Source: Eledone cirrhosa
Lineage: Eukaryota
Assembly (NCBI GenBank): GCA_964016885.1
Contig: OZ024747.1
Location: 39,556,001 to 39,620,000 of the forward strand
Direction of reading: 5' to 3'
DNA: 64,000 bases
Shown here: one piece after another, positions 13,301 to 24,960 of the stretch
Numbering within the stretch: position 1 is the first letter of the stretch
Layout of the letters: the number at the start of each line of letters is the position of its first letter
Notes under the pieces: model-generated
Database searches by the model: none
What the model was told of the DNA's origin: nothing
Seen by the model: the letters and a program-made list of their open reading frames with translations, nothing else
Made by a program: the position numbers and the translations under genes

Positions 13301-16078
13301 CGGTAAGGACAAGTTGAGCTTCCAGTAACCGGGTCCTTATCTATGCGTTCTGTCAAGGTTTACCATGCAGCTCACTAACTTGTGGTCTGAATAGCCAACC
13401 ATGCTCATTTTTGGACAACTTAAAAAGTCCTTATCCTTATTTCTAACTAAGAACCTATCTAGGTACGACCTAGATGATCCGCTGCGATTTGCCCAAGTCC
13501 ACGTTGGCGCAGTCGGAAAATCTAGTCGATATCTAGCGGCCAGGTCAAATCGACCGATTAACCCTTTGAGGCTATTACACCCATCTCTATCGGGATAGGC
13601 CGCTACGTAGTCCCAGCGTGCATCTAGGATACCATTCCAGTCCCCCACTAATAGCAAGGAGCGGGACGTCCATAGAAAAGTCTCCAGACGATGGAAGAAG
13701 TCCGGCCGCATTGACCCGAAAGGCGGCTACCAACCTAAACGCTCCGCCTTCACCACTGCCAAGGTCCAGGACCACTAGTCGACCCTCCGGGTCCAAATGT
13801 ACCGTCTGTGTTGCGAGATCCAGATGTTTTTGCAGCAGAACGACAACCCCACCCCCACCTTCGGGCTGACAGAGAGATGCGTGCATCTCAAAGTCATCAA
13901 AGGTGGGGCCAGCTGCCGCACGTTGCTGATCCGTGCCTCGCAAATAACCATCACATCTATACGTTGTGACCTGAGGTCATTTAGAAGCATTGCTTGCTTC
14001 CAAGTTGAGCCCAGGCCACACGCATTTAAACAGCCTACTCTTAGCATAGCCATGTTAGTGGTGAAGAGAAAAGGCACTTACCTCTCTGCGTCGCGTGTAT
14101 CGGGCTGCACAATTTCCATGAGGGTGGGGGATGGGTTGTTGGGTGGGGTGGTGGTTTGTGGAAGTGTAGGGGCATCAGAGTGTTGTGTGGTTGGGGTGTT
14201 TGGGGAGGGCGTGGGGTAGTTTTTTAGGAGGACGCTGTTAATGGGCCCGACGCAGAAAGAGGGGGGGGGGGCACGTCCTCTTTAAAGTTGTCTTTTAGAG
14301 TTTTATAAGTGTCCTTTGGGGCCTTAATCATTTTGAGGTGGGGGAAATCCCCTGCCTGGGTGAAGTTAAGCCCTTGGGTTTTTATTAAATTGTTGTTGTA
14401 CACAATGTTTAACAGTTTTTTCTTTCTTGTGTTTATGTATGTGTATGCATGTTTTTGTTTTTGTGTGGTGTTTTTTGTATGCTGTTGTTGTGTGCTCTTT
14501 TGTGTTGGTGTCAATGTTATGTTTTGGGAAGGGGTTGTTTTCATTTGTGTGTCTGAGGTGTGTTTTCTTTTTTTTCTTTTGATTGTGTGGAAGTGCTCCT
14601 CCTCTTGTGACGACGAACGAGGGTCTTCTTCCGCGTTGGAGGGAGGGGTATATTTTCGGGTTGTGTTTGCGCTGCGGGTGTTTTGGGAATTGTTTTTTTT
14701 TAGTGGGGGGATGGGTTGGACATTGTTTTGTTTTGGTTTGAGCTGTGGTTGTTGTTTTTGTAGTGGTGGTTGTGGTGGTTGTGTTGGTTGTGCAGTTGTT
14801 GTTGGTTTAGGCAGGATTGGGGTTTTCTTATTAAGTTGGGGACAGACCGCCCTCAGGTGACCTCTGGTTCCACAGAGGTAACACGAGGGTCGCCTACCCT
14901 CAACGGTAATGTTGATGAAAGTTTGATTATCGAGTATGACGCGTTCAGGGATCTGGGCGATCCTTTCGGGCCTCATTTGAATTACAAGTTCGAGGCTCGT
15001 TCCACTGAACCCGTCACCCGATGCCTTTCCCATGGACACCAGCGTGTCATCATCCAGGTTCAGGAAACCTGTCAAAACCCACCATATGTCCTTAATCGGC
15101 AGGATGGTGTGTATTTTTATTTTTTGTATCCTTCTACCCATGTACGTAGGGTAGAAGGTGTATGCGGTGGATGTAATTGGTTTGATGGACAGTTTCACTG
15201 CTATGTCCCTATCCTTCATGAGAATGGATAGACTCCCGTAGAGTCTATTCTTCTGAATAAAGATGATGTCCTTCATGACGTCTTTTAAAACCAGCTCTAT
15301 CTCACTCTGTGATGGTTGAGCTGGTTTTTTGCTTTTATTTGAGATTGTCCTAAACATGACAGTGTTTAGGAGTCTCTGGCTTTTTAGTTCGGGGGGGGGG
15401 GGGGGGGCAATGGATCTTGAATGAACCATTTTCCCCGTACACTATATATTTTTTGGCATCTGCCGATAGCTCCTTCGCTTTGGTTATATCTACTGGCAGA
15501 TAGTCGAGGGTTTTCCTTGCCGTCTGGGCGAAGGAGACCCTTTCCCTGCTTGTGTTGCTGTTGTAGTTGGTGGTGTTGTTGCTATCATTGTTGTTGTTAT
15601 CACAGTTATTGGTCTTGTTGTTGTTGTTATTGTTATTGGTGTTGTTTTTGTCCGTCGCATTGTTGTTGTTGTTGTTGTTGTTGTTGCTGGTGCCGCTGGT
15701 TCTTTGGTTTGTTGCCATGGCAACGTCAAGTTGTCGGTCACGGGTGGAGAAAATCCTTCCTCTGGCTGACCTTTGTTTTTGACCTTTGCTACTGTGGCAA
15801 TGGCAGGGGAAGCTGTAAGTTTATCTTCCCCTTTCCTCCTTCGAATTTTGGTGAAGAAGCTTCAGCCATTTTAAAAAATGTTAACTTTTCAACAAGAAAA
15901 AAACTTTTTTTGTTTAACTATTTCGCCTAAAGGCGTAGAATATTTTGAGAGACTGACCAGATCAAAGTTTGACCTGCCAGTCCCTCTACAAAAGGGTACA
16001 AAAATTAAAGTTTACAGACAAGAATTTCTATAGAAATTTAAACAGAACTTACTCAGCAAGTTATACGCGTGTGTCCAT
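10351..16078 (-). mobile_element. Tx1-clade copy 4, full-length, several frameshifts/stops
   Basis: ORF1 from ATG 15869 to TAA 14078 (CYLCGTRGHLRAVC); ORF2 14053-10612 in fragments; many breaks at homopolymer runs. Confidence 0.93.
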
Positions 16079-16170
<92 letters not shown>

Positions 16171-16433
16171 GTTTCTTTTATTTGCCACTAGGGCATCAAA
16201 AGTGGGACAAGTACAAAGGGGGGAGTTTACACAAAAAGGCGTCCTCAATAAGGAGGAGGCAATAACAAAATATAAAAATAAAATAAGATATAACAAAAAA
16301 TAAAATTTTTAACAAAATCCTCAATAGAGAAGAGGCGCCTTGGGGGGTCGCACACACCCCCGAAAAAAGTGTGCAACCCTTTTCCTCAGGAGCACAGAGA
16401 GGGGGTGCTCCCTCGTTCCTTCCTCTTTTCCAC

Positions 16434-19400
16434 CTACAGGCTTATGTAAAGAGAAGGCCCATTCACACGGGCCATTCTCGCCACTTTCACCCACCTTTCA
16501 TAAAAACGACTGGGGTGCAGCACCTCTCTCTCCATCCTGATCCTTCTTCCGAAATGATATCGGAAGAAACGGACCAGTTGTTGGCCAGAGAGAAAGGTGC
16601 CTGACCTCAGTCCTTTCAGACGCGTCCACCATACAACCTCTTTCGCCATGGCTATTACGCACAGAAACACCGCCTCTGCTTCATCTTTGAAGGGGGGAGG
16701 CGGCTTGATCATTACAATAGACTCGGTGGTCAACCGGATCGGTCCCACCCTTGACAGCAGTTGTTCGACATAGCCCCACAGATCGGCTACGCCCGAGCAG
16801 TGTACCAATGCGTGTGCAACGGTTTCCTCGTCGCACACGCATCTGGGACAGATCTTTTTGGCGGGGTCCCTACCCGGGCGCCCGTGTCTGTAGAGCCTTT
16901 CTCGAACGGGTAAAGACCCTCGGTAGCACTGCCAGGCCAGGGACTTCTGGAAGTTGTCCATAGGTCCCGGGCTGAATGTTCTACCGAACAGGCTGGCCAG
17001 TTCGTCCTCCTCCATGTCTAGGGCTTCTCCGAGGGCGTCGTCGCACCTGCTGCGTACCAGCCCTCTATAGAATGTTGCGGTGGAGTCTCCACTGATAACC
17101 GGATCCGCCTGCCAGAGGGCGGTGAGCGCCTGGGCACACTCAGTGTGCCAGGCGCCCAGTTTTCTCGGTCTTTGCTTGACCCAGGATTGCAGCTCGGTGA
17201 GTGAGACGAGTCTGGGAAAGGTTCGTCTCACAAACGAGGCCCACACCGGTTGTCCGGTGAGGAATACGTAGAGGTGCCGTAGCCTTAATGCGTGTTTACG
17301 CATCATTAGCCACGGCATCCCCAGCCCTCCTTTCGAAGGGTGTTGACAGCAGATGGATCTCCTCACCATAGGAGCCCGCCCCTTCCAAAGGAATTGGAAG
17401 AGCGCGCGCTCCATCTTGGTGAGGGTTTCCCTTGGGCAGGGCACAACGGTCAGGCGGTAGTAGATGACGGACGCTATATAAGTGTTCGCCACCTCCGCCC
17501 GACCTTTCAGGGATAGTTTGCAACTGGCCCACTTCTGGGTCAGTGCAAACACCCTGTTCGTAACCTCCGCCCAGTTTTTCTCCACCTGGAGGTCCGGTCC
17601 GAACCAGACCCCGAGCAACTTCACCGGGCCCTCCGTCCAGCGTCCGACGACGCCATCGGAGGGTATCGGTCTGCCCCTCCACGTGCCGAGTTGCAAACCG
17701 ATCGACTTGTCCCGGTTCAGCTTAGCCCCTGTGAACTTTTCGTACTCCTCCAGTAAGGTGCCGACCGCCTCGATTTCGGAGGCCGTCGACACCATTACTG
17801 TCACATCATCGGCGTAGGCCGACACCGCTTTCCGCAATCCCGGTTCCAAAGGGATGCCCTGCAACAACTCCAACTTCCGCAGTAGTGGCTCGAGAGTCAA
17901 CACATACAGAAGGGAGGAGAGAGGGCACCCTTGTCGGATGGACCGCGCGATTTTGAACGGCTCCGAGAGGTAGCCGTTCACCTTGACCCTAGAGCAGATG
18001 CGGCTGCTGTGCATAGCAGTGATCCAGCCCCTGAAAACGGGTCCGAAGCCTGCCGCCGCTAGCACCGCATTCAGGTAACCATGGTGGACCCTATCGAACG
18101 CCTTAGATTGATCCAAGTTGATCAGAGCCCCACCAAAGCCGGGTTCGTTCCCAACCCTCTCCATGATGTATCGCATGAGGTGGATGTTGTCATGGATGGA
18201 CCTGGACGGGATAGCGCATGTCTGCGCATCTCCCACCAGGTTGCCCACGACAAGCGCCAACCTCTTTGCTAGCACCTTGGCCAAAATCTGTAACTCCGTA
18301 TTTAGCAGAGTTATGGGCCTGAAGTTACTTATTTCGTCCCCCTTGTTCTCGTCCTTCCTCACTAGCGTGACTACGCCCTTGGTCACAGTACAGGGAATTC
18401 TCCCGTTCTGTTGCCAGTTGCAGTAGACCGCCTCGAGGAGATCGGGGAACAAGTCCGGCATAGCTAGATATAATTCGTAAGGAAGACCATCGAGACCCGG
18501 GGATTTGCGTTTGCCGCATTGGCCCAGCACGTCCTCTATCTCAGCGGCCGAAATCGGCTCCTCGCAAGACTTCGCCTCCCTGTCCGAGAGGCGCGGCAGG
18601 CCGTCGAGGTATGGACCGAAGTCCACGTTTCCAACCGGCTCCCCGCCCCTCCCGAACAGTCGGGCAAAGTGCCTTTGAAAGGCCTCACACATCTGCTTAG
18701 GCTCAAGAATCGCCCGTCCATCCAGGTCTCGCAAAGACCGGATGGTGGATTTAGTTCCACTGTTGGCCTCTGTCACGCGGGCCCAGCTAACAGCTTTGGC
18801 CCCCTCGTTCCCTAGAGCACGTATTTTACTTCGGACAACGCAGCCTTCGTGCTTCGCGTCGAAAAACTGGCTCAAAGCCGTTCTCGACGCTAGCACTCTG
18901 GCCACGTCGCCGCTTCTAATTGCCTCTTCTACTCTATCTATTAGCTCCCTTTCCTTCCTATTCCTATCCGCAGCTAGAACCTTACTAAATTCAATCGAGA
19001 CTACTCTAATCTCTCTCTTTAGAGATACCCACCACCTGCTGTTGACGATCGCTCCAGTCAACCGTTCCTTAACTAACGTACTAATCCGATTCCTGTAGGC
19101 TCTACTTGCCGGCAAGGACAAGTTGAGCTTCCAGTAACCGGGGCCCTGTCTATGCGTTCTATCAAGGTTGACCATGCAGGTCACCAACTTGTGGTCTGAA
19201 TAGCCAACCATGAGCATTTCTGGACAACTTAAAAAGTCCCTCTCCTTATTTCTAACTAAAAATCTATCTAGGTACGATCTAGATGATCCGCTGCGATTTG
19301 ACCAAGACCAGGTTGGCACCGTCGGAAAATCTAGTCGAAATCTATCGGCCAGGTCAAATCGGCCGAGTAACCCCTTGAGGCTGTTGCACCCCTCTCTATC

Positions 19401-19871
19401 GGGACATGCCCCTGCATAGTCCCAACGTGCATCCAGGATACCATTCCAATCCCCCACTAAAAGCATGGAACGGGACGTCCCTAGAAAAGACTCCAGACGC
19501 TGGAAAAAGTCGGGCCGCTCTGTCCCAAAAGGGGCATATGCGGCTATCAGCCTAAGGGCTCTACCTTCACCACTGCCAAGGTTCAGCACCACCAGTCGAC
19601 CCCCTGGGTCCAAGTGAACTATCTGTGTTGCAAGGCCCATATGTTTTTGCAGCAGAACGACAACCCCACCCCCACCTCCGGGCTGACAGAGAGATGCGTG
19701 CATCTCAAAGTCGTCAAAGGTGGGGGCTAGCTGTCGCATGCTGCTGATCCGGGCCTCGCAGATAACCATCACATTTATAGATTGTGACCTGAGGTCATTT
19801 AGAAGCATTGCTTGCTTCCAAGACGAGCCCAGGCCACGCGCATTTAGACACCCTACTCTTAGCACAGCCAT
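16434..19871 (-). CDS. ORF2: APE endonuclease - reverse transcriptase - CCHC zinc finger (1145 aa from ATG)
   Basis: GCLNARGL, VGDWN, YLDRFLV, YSDHKLV, PGYWKLN; KSPGLDGLP, FRPITLLN, LDQSKAFDRV, RQGCPLS, YADD; GGLG; CPRC-EETVAHALVHC. Confidence 0.95.
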   Translation of the reverse strand: MAVLRVGCLNARGLGSSWKQAMLLNDLRSQSINVMVICEARISSMRQLAPTFDDFEMHASLCQPGGGGGVVVLLQKHMGLATQIVHLDPGGRLVVLNLGSGEGRALRLIAAYAPFGTERPDFFQRLESFLGTSRSMLLVGDWNGILDARWDYAGACPDREGCNSLKGLLGRFDLADRFRLDFPTVPTWSWSNRSGSSRSYLDRFLVRNKERDFLSCPEMLMVGYSDHKLVTCMVNLDRTHRQGPGYWKLNLSLPASRAYRNRISTLVKERLTGAIVNSRWWVSLKREIRVVSIEFSKVLAADRNRKERELIDRVEEAIRSGDVARVLASRTALSQFFDAKHEGCVVRSKIRALGNEGAKAVSWARVTEANSGTKSTIRSLRDLDGRAILEPKQMCEAFQRHFARLFGRGGEPVGNVDFGPYLDGLPRLSDREAKSCEEPISAAEIEDVLGQCGKRKSPGLDGLPYELYLAMPDLFPDLLEAVYCNWQQNGRIPCTVTKGVVTLVRKDENKGDEISNFRPITLLNTELQILAKVLAKRLALVVGNLVGDAQTCAIPSRSIHDNIHLMRYIMERVGNEPGFGGALINLDQSKAFDRVHHGYLNAVLAAAGFGPVFRGWITAMHSSRICSRVKVNGYLSEPFKIARSIRQGCPLSSLLYVLTLEPLLRKLELLQGIPLEPGLRKAVSAYADDVTVMVSTASEIEAVGTLLEEYEKFTGAKLNRDKSIGLQLGTWRGRPIPSDGVVGRWTEGPVKLLGVWFGPDLQVEKNWAEVTNRVFALTQKWASCKLSLKGRAEVANTYIASVIYYRLTVVPCPRETLTKMERALFQFLWKGRAPMVRRSICCQHPSKGGLGMPWLMMRKHALRLRHLYVFLTGQPVWASFVRRTFPRLVSLTELQSWVKQRPRKLGAWHTECAQALTALWQADPVISGDSTATFYRGLVRSRCDDALGEALDMEEDELASLFGRTFSPGPMDNFQKSLAWQCYRGSLPVRERLYRHGRPGRDPAKKICPRCVCDEETVAHALVHCSGVADLWGYVEQLLSRVGPIRLTTESIVMIKPPPPFKDEAEAVFLCVIAMAKEVVWWTRLKGLRSGTFLSGQQLVRFFRYHFGRRIRMEREVLHPSRFYERWVKVARMARVNGPSLYISL

Positions 19872-19895
19872 GTTGGTGGTAAAGAGAAAAGGCAC

Positions 19896-21538
19896 TTACC
19901 TCTCTGCGTCCCGGGAAACGGGCCGCTCAATTTCCATGCTGGTTGGGGATGGGTTGTTGGGTGGGGTGGTGGTTTGTGGAAGTGAAGGGGCATCGGTGTG
20001 TTGTGGGGTTGGGGTGTTTGTCGTTGAGTGGGTGTCTGGGTGGGGTGGGGGGGTGAAATTTTTTAGGAGGACGCGGTTGATTGGTTTGGCGCAGGGGGGG
20101 CCCACGTCCTCCGTGAAATTTATTTTCAGTGTTTTGTACAAGTGCATTGGGACTTTTATCATTTTCAAATGAGGTAGTCCCACAGCAGTTATAAAGTTTG
20201 GCCCTTCAGTTTGGACCGAAGGGTTTGCTGAAATTGTTTTCCGTAATTCTTTGTTGTCTGTGTTCATGTATGTGTATTGTAAGGTCTTTTTTTGTGTAGC
20301 AGTTAGTGTTGTGTGACAGGGAGGGGTGGTTTGTGTGTAGTTTGTGTTCTCTTGGGGGGGATTAAAGTTAACATGTGTGTCTGTGGTGCGTCTCCTCTTC
20401 TTTCTTGTTACTTGTTGGAAGGGATCTTTTTCGTCTTGCGACGAAAGAGGTTCGTCTTCCTTGTTGGGTGGGAGGGGTATGTTTTCTGGTAGTGTTTGCG
20501 GTGTGCGTGTTTTTGTATTTGTTTTGGGTGGGGAGGGATTGGGTGGGACAGTATTCTGTGTTATTTTTTCACGTGTTTGTTGTTGTTGTTGTTGTGGTGG
20601 TGGTGGTGGGGTTGTTGGTTTTTGTTGTTGTTGTGGTTGTTTTTGTTGTTGTAGTTGGGGTGGTGTTGGTGTTGGTAGCAGTGTTTTTTTCTGTGTGAGT
20701 TGGGGACAGGCAGCCCTCAGGTGACCTCTATTGCCACAGAGGTAACAGGAGGGACGCCTACCCTCCACAATAATGTTGAGGTGGGTACGGTCATCCAGCA
20801 TGACGCGCTCAGGGATTTGGGCGATGCGTTCTGGCCTTATTTGGGTCAGAACTTCGAGGCTCGTTCCACTGAACGCGTCGCCGGATGCCTTCCCTATTGA
20901 GATGAGGTTGTCCTCGTCTAAATTGAGGAAACCGGTTAGTAACCACCAGTAGTTTATGTTTGGGGTGATGGTGGTTATCCATATCCTCTGGGTTTTTTTA
21001 CCCATGTAGGTGGGGAAGAAGGTGTAGTGTGTGGACCGAATTGGCGACACAGAGTATTTTTTTGCCGCCAATTCGTCTTTCATCAATATGGATAAACTCC
21101 CATAGAGTTTATCCTTTTGTATGAAAGTGATGTCTCTCATCGCGTCTTTCAAGACTAACTGAGTTTCCGCTTGAGATGGTTGCGCTGGTTTCTTTGTTTT
21201 ATTTAAAATTGTTCGGAATACGACAGTTCGTAATTCCGTCTGTCTTTTTAGCTCCGGAGGTGAATGTATAGAAAACGATCCGTTTTCGCCAAAAGACACA
21301 TATTTCTTGGCTTTTTCCAGCATTTCTTTTGCTTTTGAAATATCTTCCAGCACATAAGCGACTGATAATTTAGCCGTTTGTGCAAAAGATATTTTGTTTT
21401 CGTTTTGGATATTAGTATTGTTTTGTTTCTCGTCGTTTGAGTTGTTTTCATCTTTGTTGTTGTTGTTGTCTTTCTCGTTTCGTGTGTGGATACTTGTGAC
21501 GTTTGTGTTGTTGTTGTTTTTGTTGTCTTTATTGTTGC

Positions 21539-21569
<31 letters not shown>

Positions 21570-21749
21570 GTTGTTTTCAAATTCTTGTGTAGTTGTGGCT
21601 ACATCTAGTGGTCGGTCAACAGGTGAAGACAATTCTTCCTCTCTCTGACCTCTGCCTTTGGCATCTGCTGCTGTGACAGTGGCAGGGGGAAGCTGTGAGT
21701 ATGACTTCCCCTTTCCTTCTTTGATTGATGGTGAAGATGCTTCAGCCAT
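19896..21749 (-). CDS. ORF1: gag-like nucleic-acid-binding protein (617 aa) with CCHC knuckle and poly-Asn/Gln/Pro tracts
   Basis: CYLCGNRGHLRAAC; homologous ORF1 upstream of ORF2 in copies 2 and 4. Confidence 0.88.
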
Positions 21750-21967
21750 TTTTCTCAAAATAGGGTTTTTCGAAGTTTTTCGAAAGATAAAATGTTCACA
21801 ATACTATTTCGCCCAAAGGCGCAGAATATTTTGAGAGACCGACCAGATCAAAATTTGACCTGGCAGTCCCTCTACAAAATGGTACAAAAATGAAAGTTTA
21901 CAGTTTACAATTTCCGTATGAATTTAAACAAAAACTTACCGAGCGAGCTCAGCACATGTGTCCATCG

Positions 21968-22017
<50 letters not shown>

Positions 22018-22465
22018 TAAAGGGAGACATATATAGGTATATATACAAGAGAATCAATGGAAAATTGAACGTCTTTCATCCCAAAACAATATTTCTTCTC
22101 TTACATATATGATTCCAAAGATATATGAATTCCATTCTTTGAAATGATGGCGCATATTCTGAGATACATTTATATGAGTTTATTTTAGAATGTATATTTC
22201 TACTCCTTTGCATAAGTGAATTTAATATGTTAGTGTGGGTATGTACTTAAACGTAGTGTGTGGGTGGAGGGGGTTCTGAATGTGTGGTTAGGTCTGTGCC
22301 TGTGTGTCCATGGGTTTGGGTTTATATACATATGGGTGAGAATGACTATCAGTCTACCTCATAATACAGATATCTAGACTTACGTTATTCCCTGTCAATA
22401 ATCTGCTCAAAGGAAAACGAATCCTGAGCTCTTTAAAATACAATATGTAGAAAAGGTGACACACT

Positions 22466-22567
<102 letters not shown>

Positions 22568-22587
22568 ATCAATAAAACAGGGAAGCC

Positions 22588-22948
22588 ACCAGTGTATGGA
22601 ATATATAACCTATGGAAGGTAGGGTGAGACACACAATAATTAAAAATATAAATTAAAATGCGTATACGCACCTCTAAAACTATATAACACACGCACAAAT
22701 CCAAAGAGATCTGTTATCCAAAGAGATCGGTTATCTTATATTTTCTTAGAGTTGTCTGGAATGCTGTACACACGCTGATGAACCATAGGCGCTTCCATTT
22801 CCGCCAATAATTTCTTGGCGAAACAGATCGCTTTGGATTTGTACGTGTGTTATATAGTTATAGAGGTGCGTATACGAATTTTAATTTATATTTTTAATTA
22901 TTGTGTGTCTACCCTGCCTTTCATAGGTTATTGATTCCATACACTGGT
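22588..22948. repeat. fold-back inverted repeat (arms ~22588-22725 / ~22812-22948), PLE pLTR-like
   Basis: ccagtgtatggaat...ccaaagagatctgtt versus aacagatcgctttgg...attccatacactgg. Confidence 0.88.
22768..22850 (+). ncRNA. type I hammerhead ribozyme, all three stems
   Basis: ACACACG-CTGATGA-[stem II with GGCG/CGCC]-GAAACAGATC-gctttg-GATTTGTA-CGTGTGT; 7-bp stem I, 7-bp stem III, GUA site. Confidence 0.8.
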
Positions 22949-22966
22949 ATTTTCAAAATACACAGT

Positions 22967-23075
22967 GACTGATCGGCCTGATTTGCATATTAGCAGACTG
23001 GCTGATCAGTCTGATCTGCATATTAGCAGATCCACTGATCAGCCAGATTTGCATATCAGCAGACTGGCCAGTCAG
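22967..23075. repeat. 33-bp minisatellite, ~3 copies, containing ATTTGCAT
   Basis: gactg(g)ctgatcagyctgatYtgcatatYagca repeated. Confidence 0.8.
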
Positions 23076-23545
23076 TTTCCTGACTGGCCAGTTTCCTGTA
23101 TACGAGCGATGAATGGCCGGCTTTGTCAAATTCAAATAAAAAAGAAAACTTTTTTCGCTCTACATGGCTGAATACAATAAATGTAATCTGAGTTTTTCGA
23201 ATATTAATAATAAGATGCGATTCGTTTGCAACTATGCAAACAAGCCTCAATTTTATAGCCATGTCAGTAGAATGAACCCTTCATTCTTGCTCTTGTGTTG
23301 GCATGTGAACAGAACTGCAAGCACTAATGTTTCTGCGTATCACCCTTCACTCACATACTTACACCTTCATGCATTCTCCCACACACTTAAACAGGTATGT
23401 AAAAAAAAAACCATTTTAAAGGCAGACTACTCTTTATCCAGCTAACCTTAACTCTTTGACATTAGAGATAGAACAGATACTCTATACCATTTCCTGTCAG
23501 CATGACTTGGCAAGCTATTTAGAACACTGGTTTAACCGCTTTACT

Positions 23546-23582
23546 TCCCTCCGAAGAAGAGATATTATCTCGAAAATTAAGG
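23546..23582 (+). ncRNA. variant minimal hammerhead motif
   Basis: CCT-CCGAAGA-A-GAGAT-att-ATCTC-GAAAA-TTA-AGG followed by AATAAA; CC variant core. Confidence 0.5.
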
Positions 23583-23695
23583 ACATTTAAATAAATCTAA
23601 GGTAAAAGACTAATTGTCAACAATATCTTTTGCATTTGAATTCTTTATTCTATGTCCATACCTTCATTGTTTTGGCTTTATTAGACATATACGAA

Positions 23696-23891
<196 letters not shown>

Positions 23892-24904
23892 GTATAATAA
23901 ACAATACAATATAATTACCTCATTTCCAGAGGTTTCCCGAATAAGACGAATACAAGAAACGTCCTCATTCGTTCGTCAGACAAGGCAATTTAAAACATAG
24001 TGAAATATTTGAAAAATCTCCTCAAGAAAGGCAAAGGTTTAATGGGCCAAAAAATATATAATAAAAGTAATGCGAGAGATATATAAAAAAAAGTAATAAG
24101 GAAATATAGTAAGGGTATGTGTATAAATGTGTGTATATACACCTACAAATGTACATATGTGTGTATGTACAAATGCAAATGTATGGTGAAAAAATGTGTG
24201 CGTAAGTACATACACGAGGGCAAGCATATCAGTGTATGTTGACCACAAATACGTATATAATATATATTGAAAAAAGAAATTGTAAGATAATAGAGTTAGC
24301 GTACATACAAACTCAGGGACTAAGGATTGAAATATATACACATACAAGTATGAAAGCACACGTATAAACACACACACACTCGCAACCACATACATGCATG
24401 CAATATATATAGGGAAGGGAGTGTATCAGTCAAAGCAGTGTCAGGCTGAAGGTCGAAACATATATAAAAAAAAATATAAAATATGAAAATGAAAAAAAGG
24501 AAAAAATATATGACAATAAAAAAATTAAATCAAAGAGAAATTAAGAGGGAGGGGTTATCAATTATAAAGTAACATTAGAAAAAATAGAAAACGTACAGAG
24601 GTTCGTACACACACATATATATATATATAAAAATATATATATAAATACGTACAGACAAAAGCAAATACATGCGTACATACATACAAAAGCGCGAATGCAT
24701 GCCCACGAAGCACATATATATACATACATGTACATCTAATCACACGCACGCACGCGACCATATATATATATACATATATATACACACACACACACATATA
24801 TATGTGTATATATATATATATATATACATATATATAAATGAAAGGTGTAGAGATTTTTTTAGCGAGAAGCTAATAGTATTCTATAACATATATGTGTGTG
24901 TATT

Positions 24905-24960
<56 letters not shown>

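Larger units (their letters stand above)
16171..21965 (-). mobile_element. Tx1-clade copy 5, full-length with both ORFs intact (potentially active)
   Basis: Uninterrupted ORF1 and ORF2, 5'UTR starting ATGGACAC, 3' AATAAA followed by (TATC)n. Confidence 0.95.

Noticed and set aside
2153-21648. Plus-strand and alternate-frame ORFs over the Tx1 array
   Set aside because: Shadows of GC-rich ORF2 and (AAC)n tracts; no independent motifs.
24440-24462. CTGAAGGTCGAAAC hammerhead-like text
   Set aside because: Core mismatch and no stem II.
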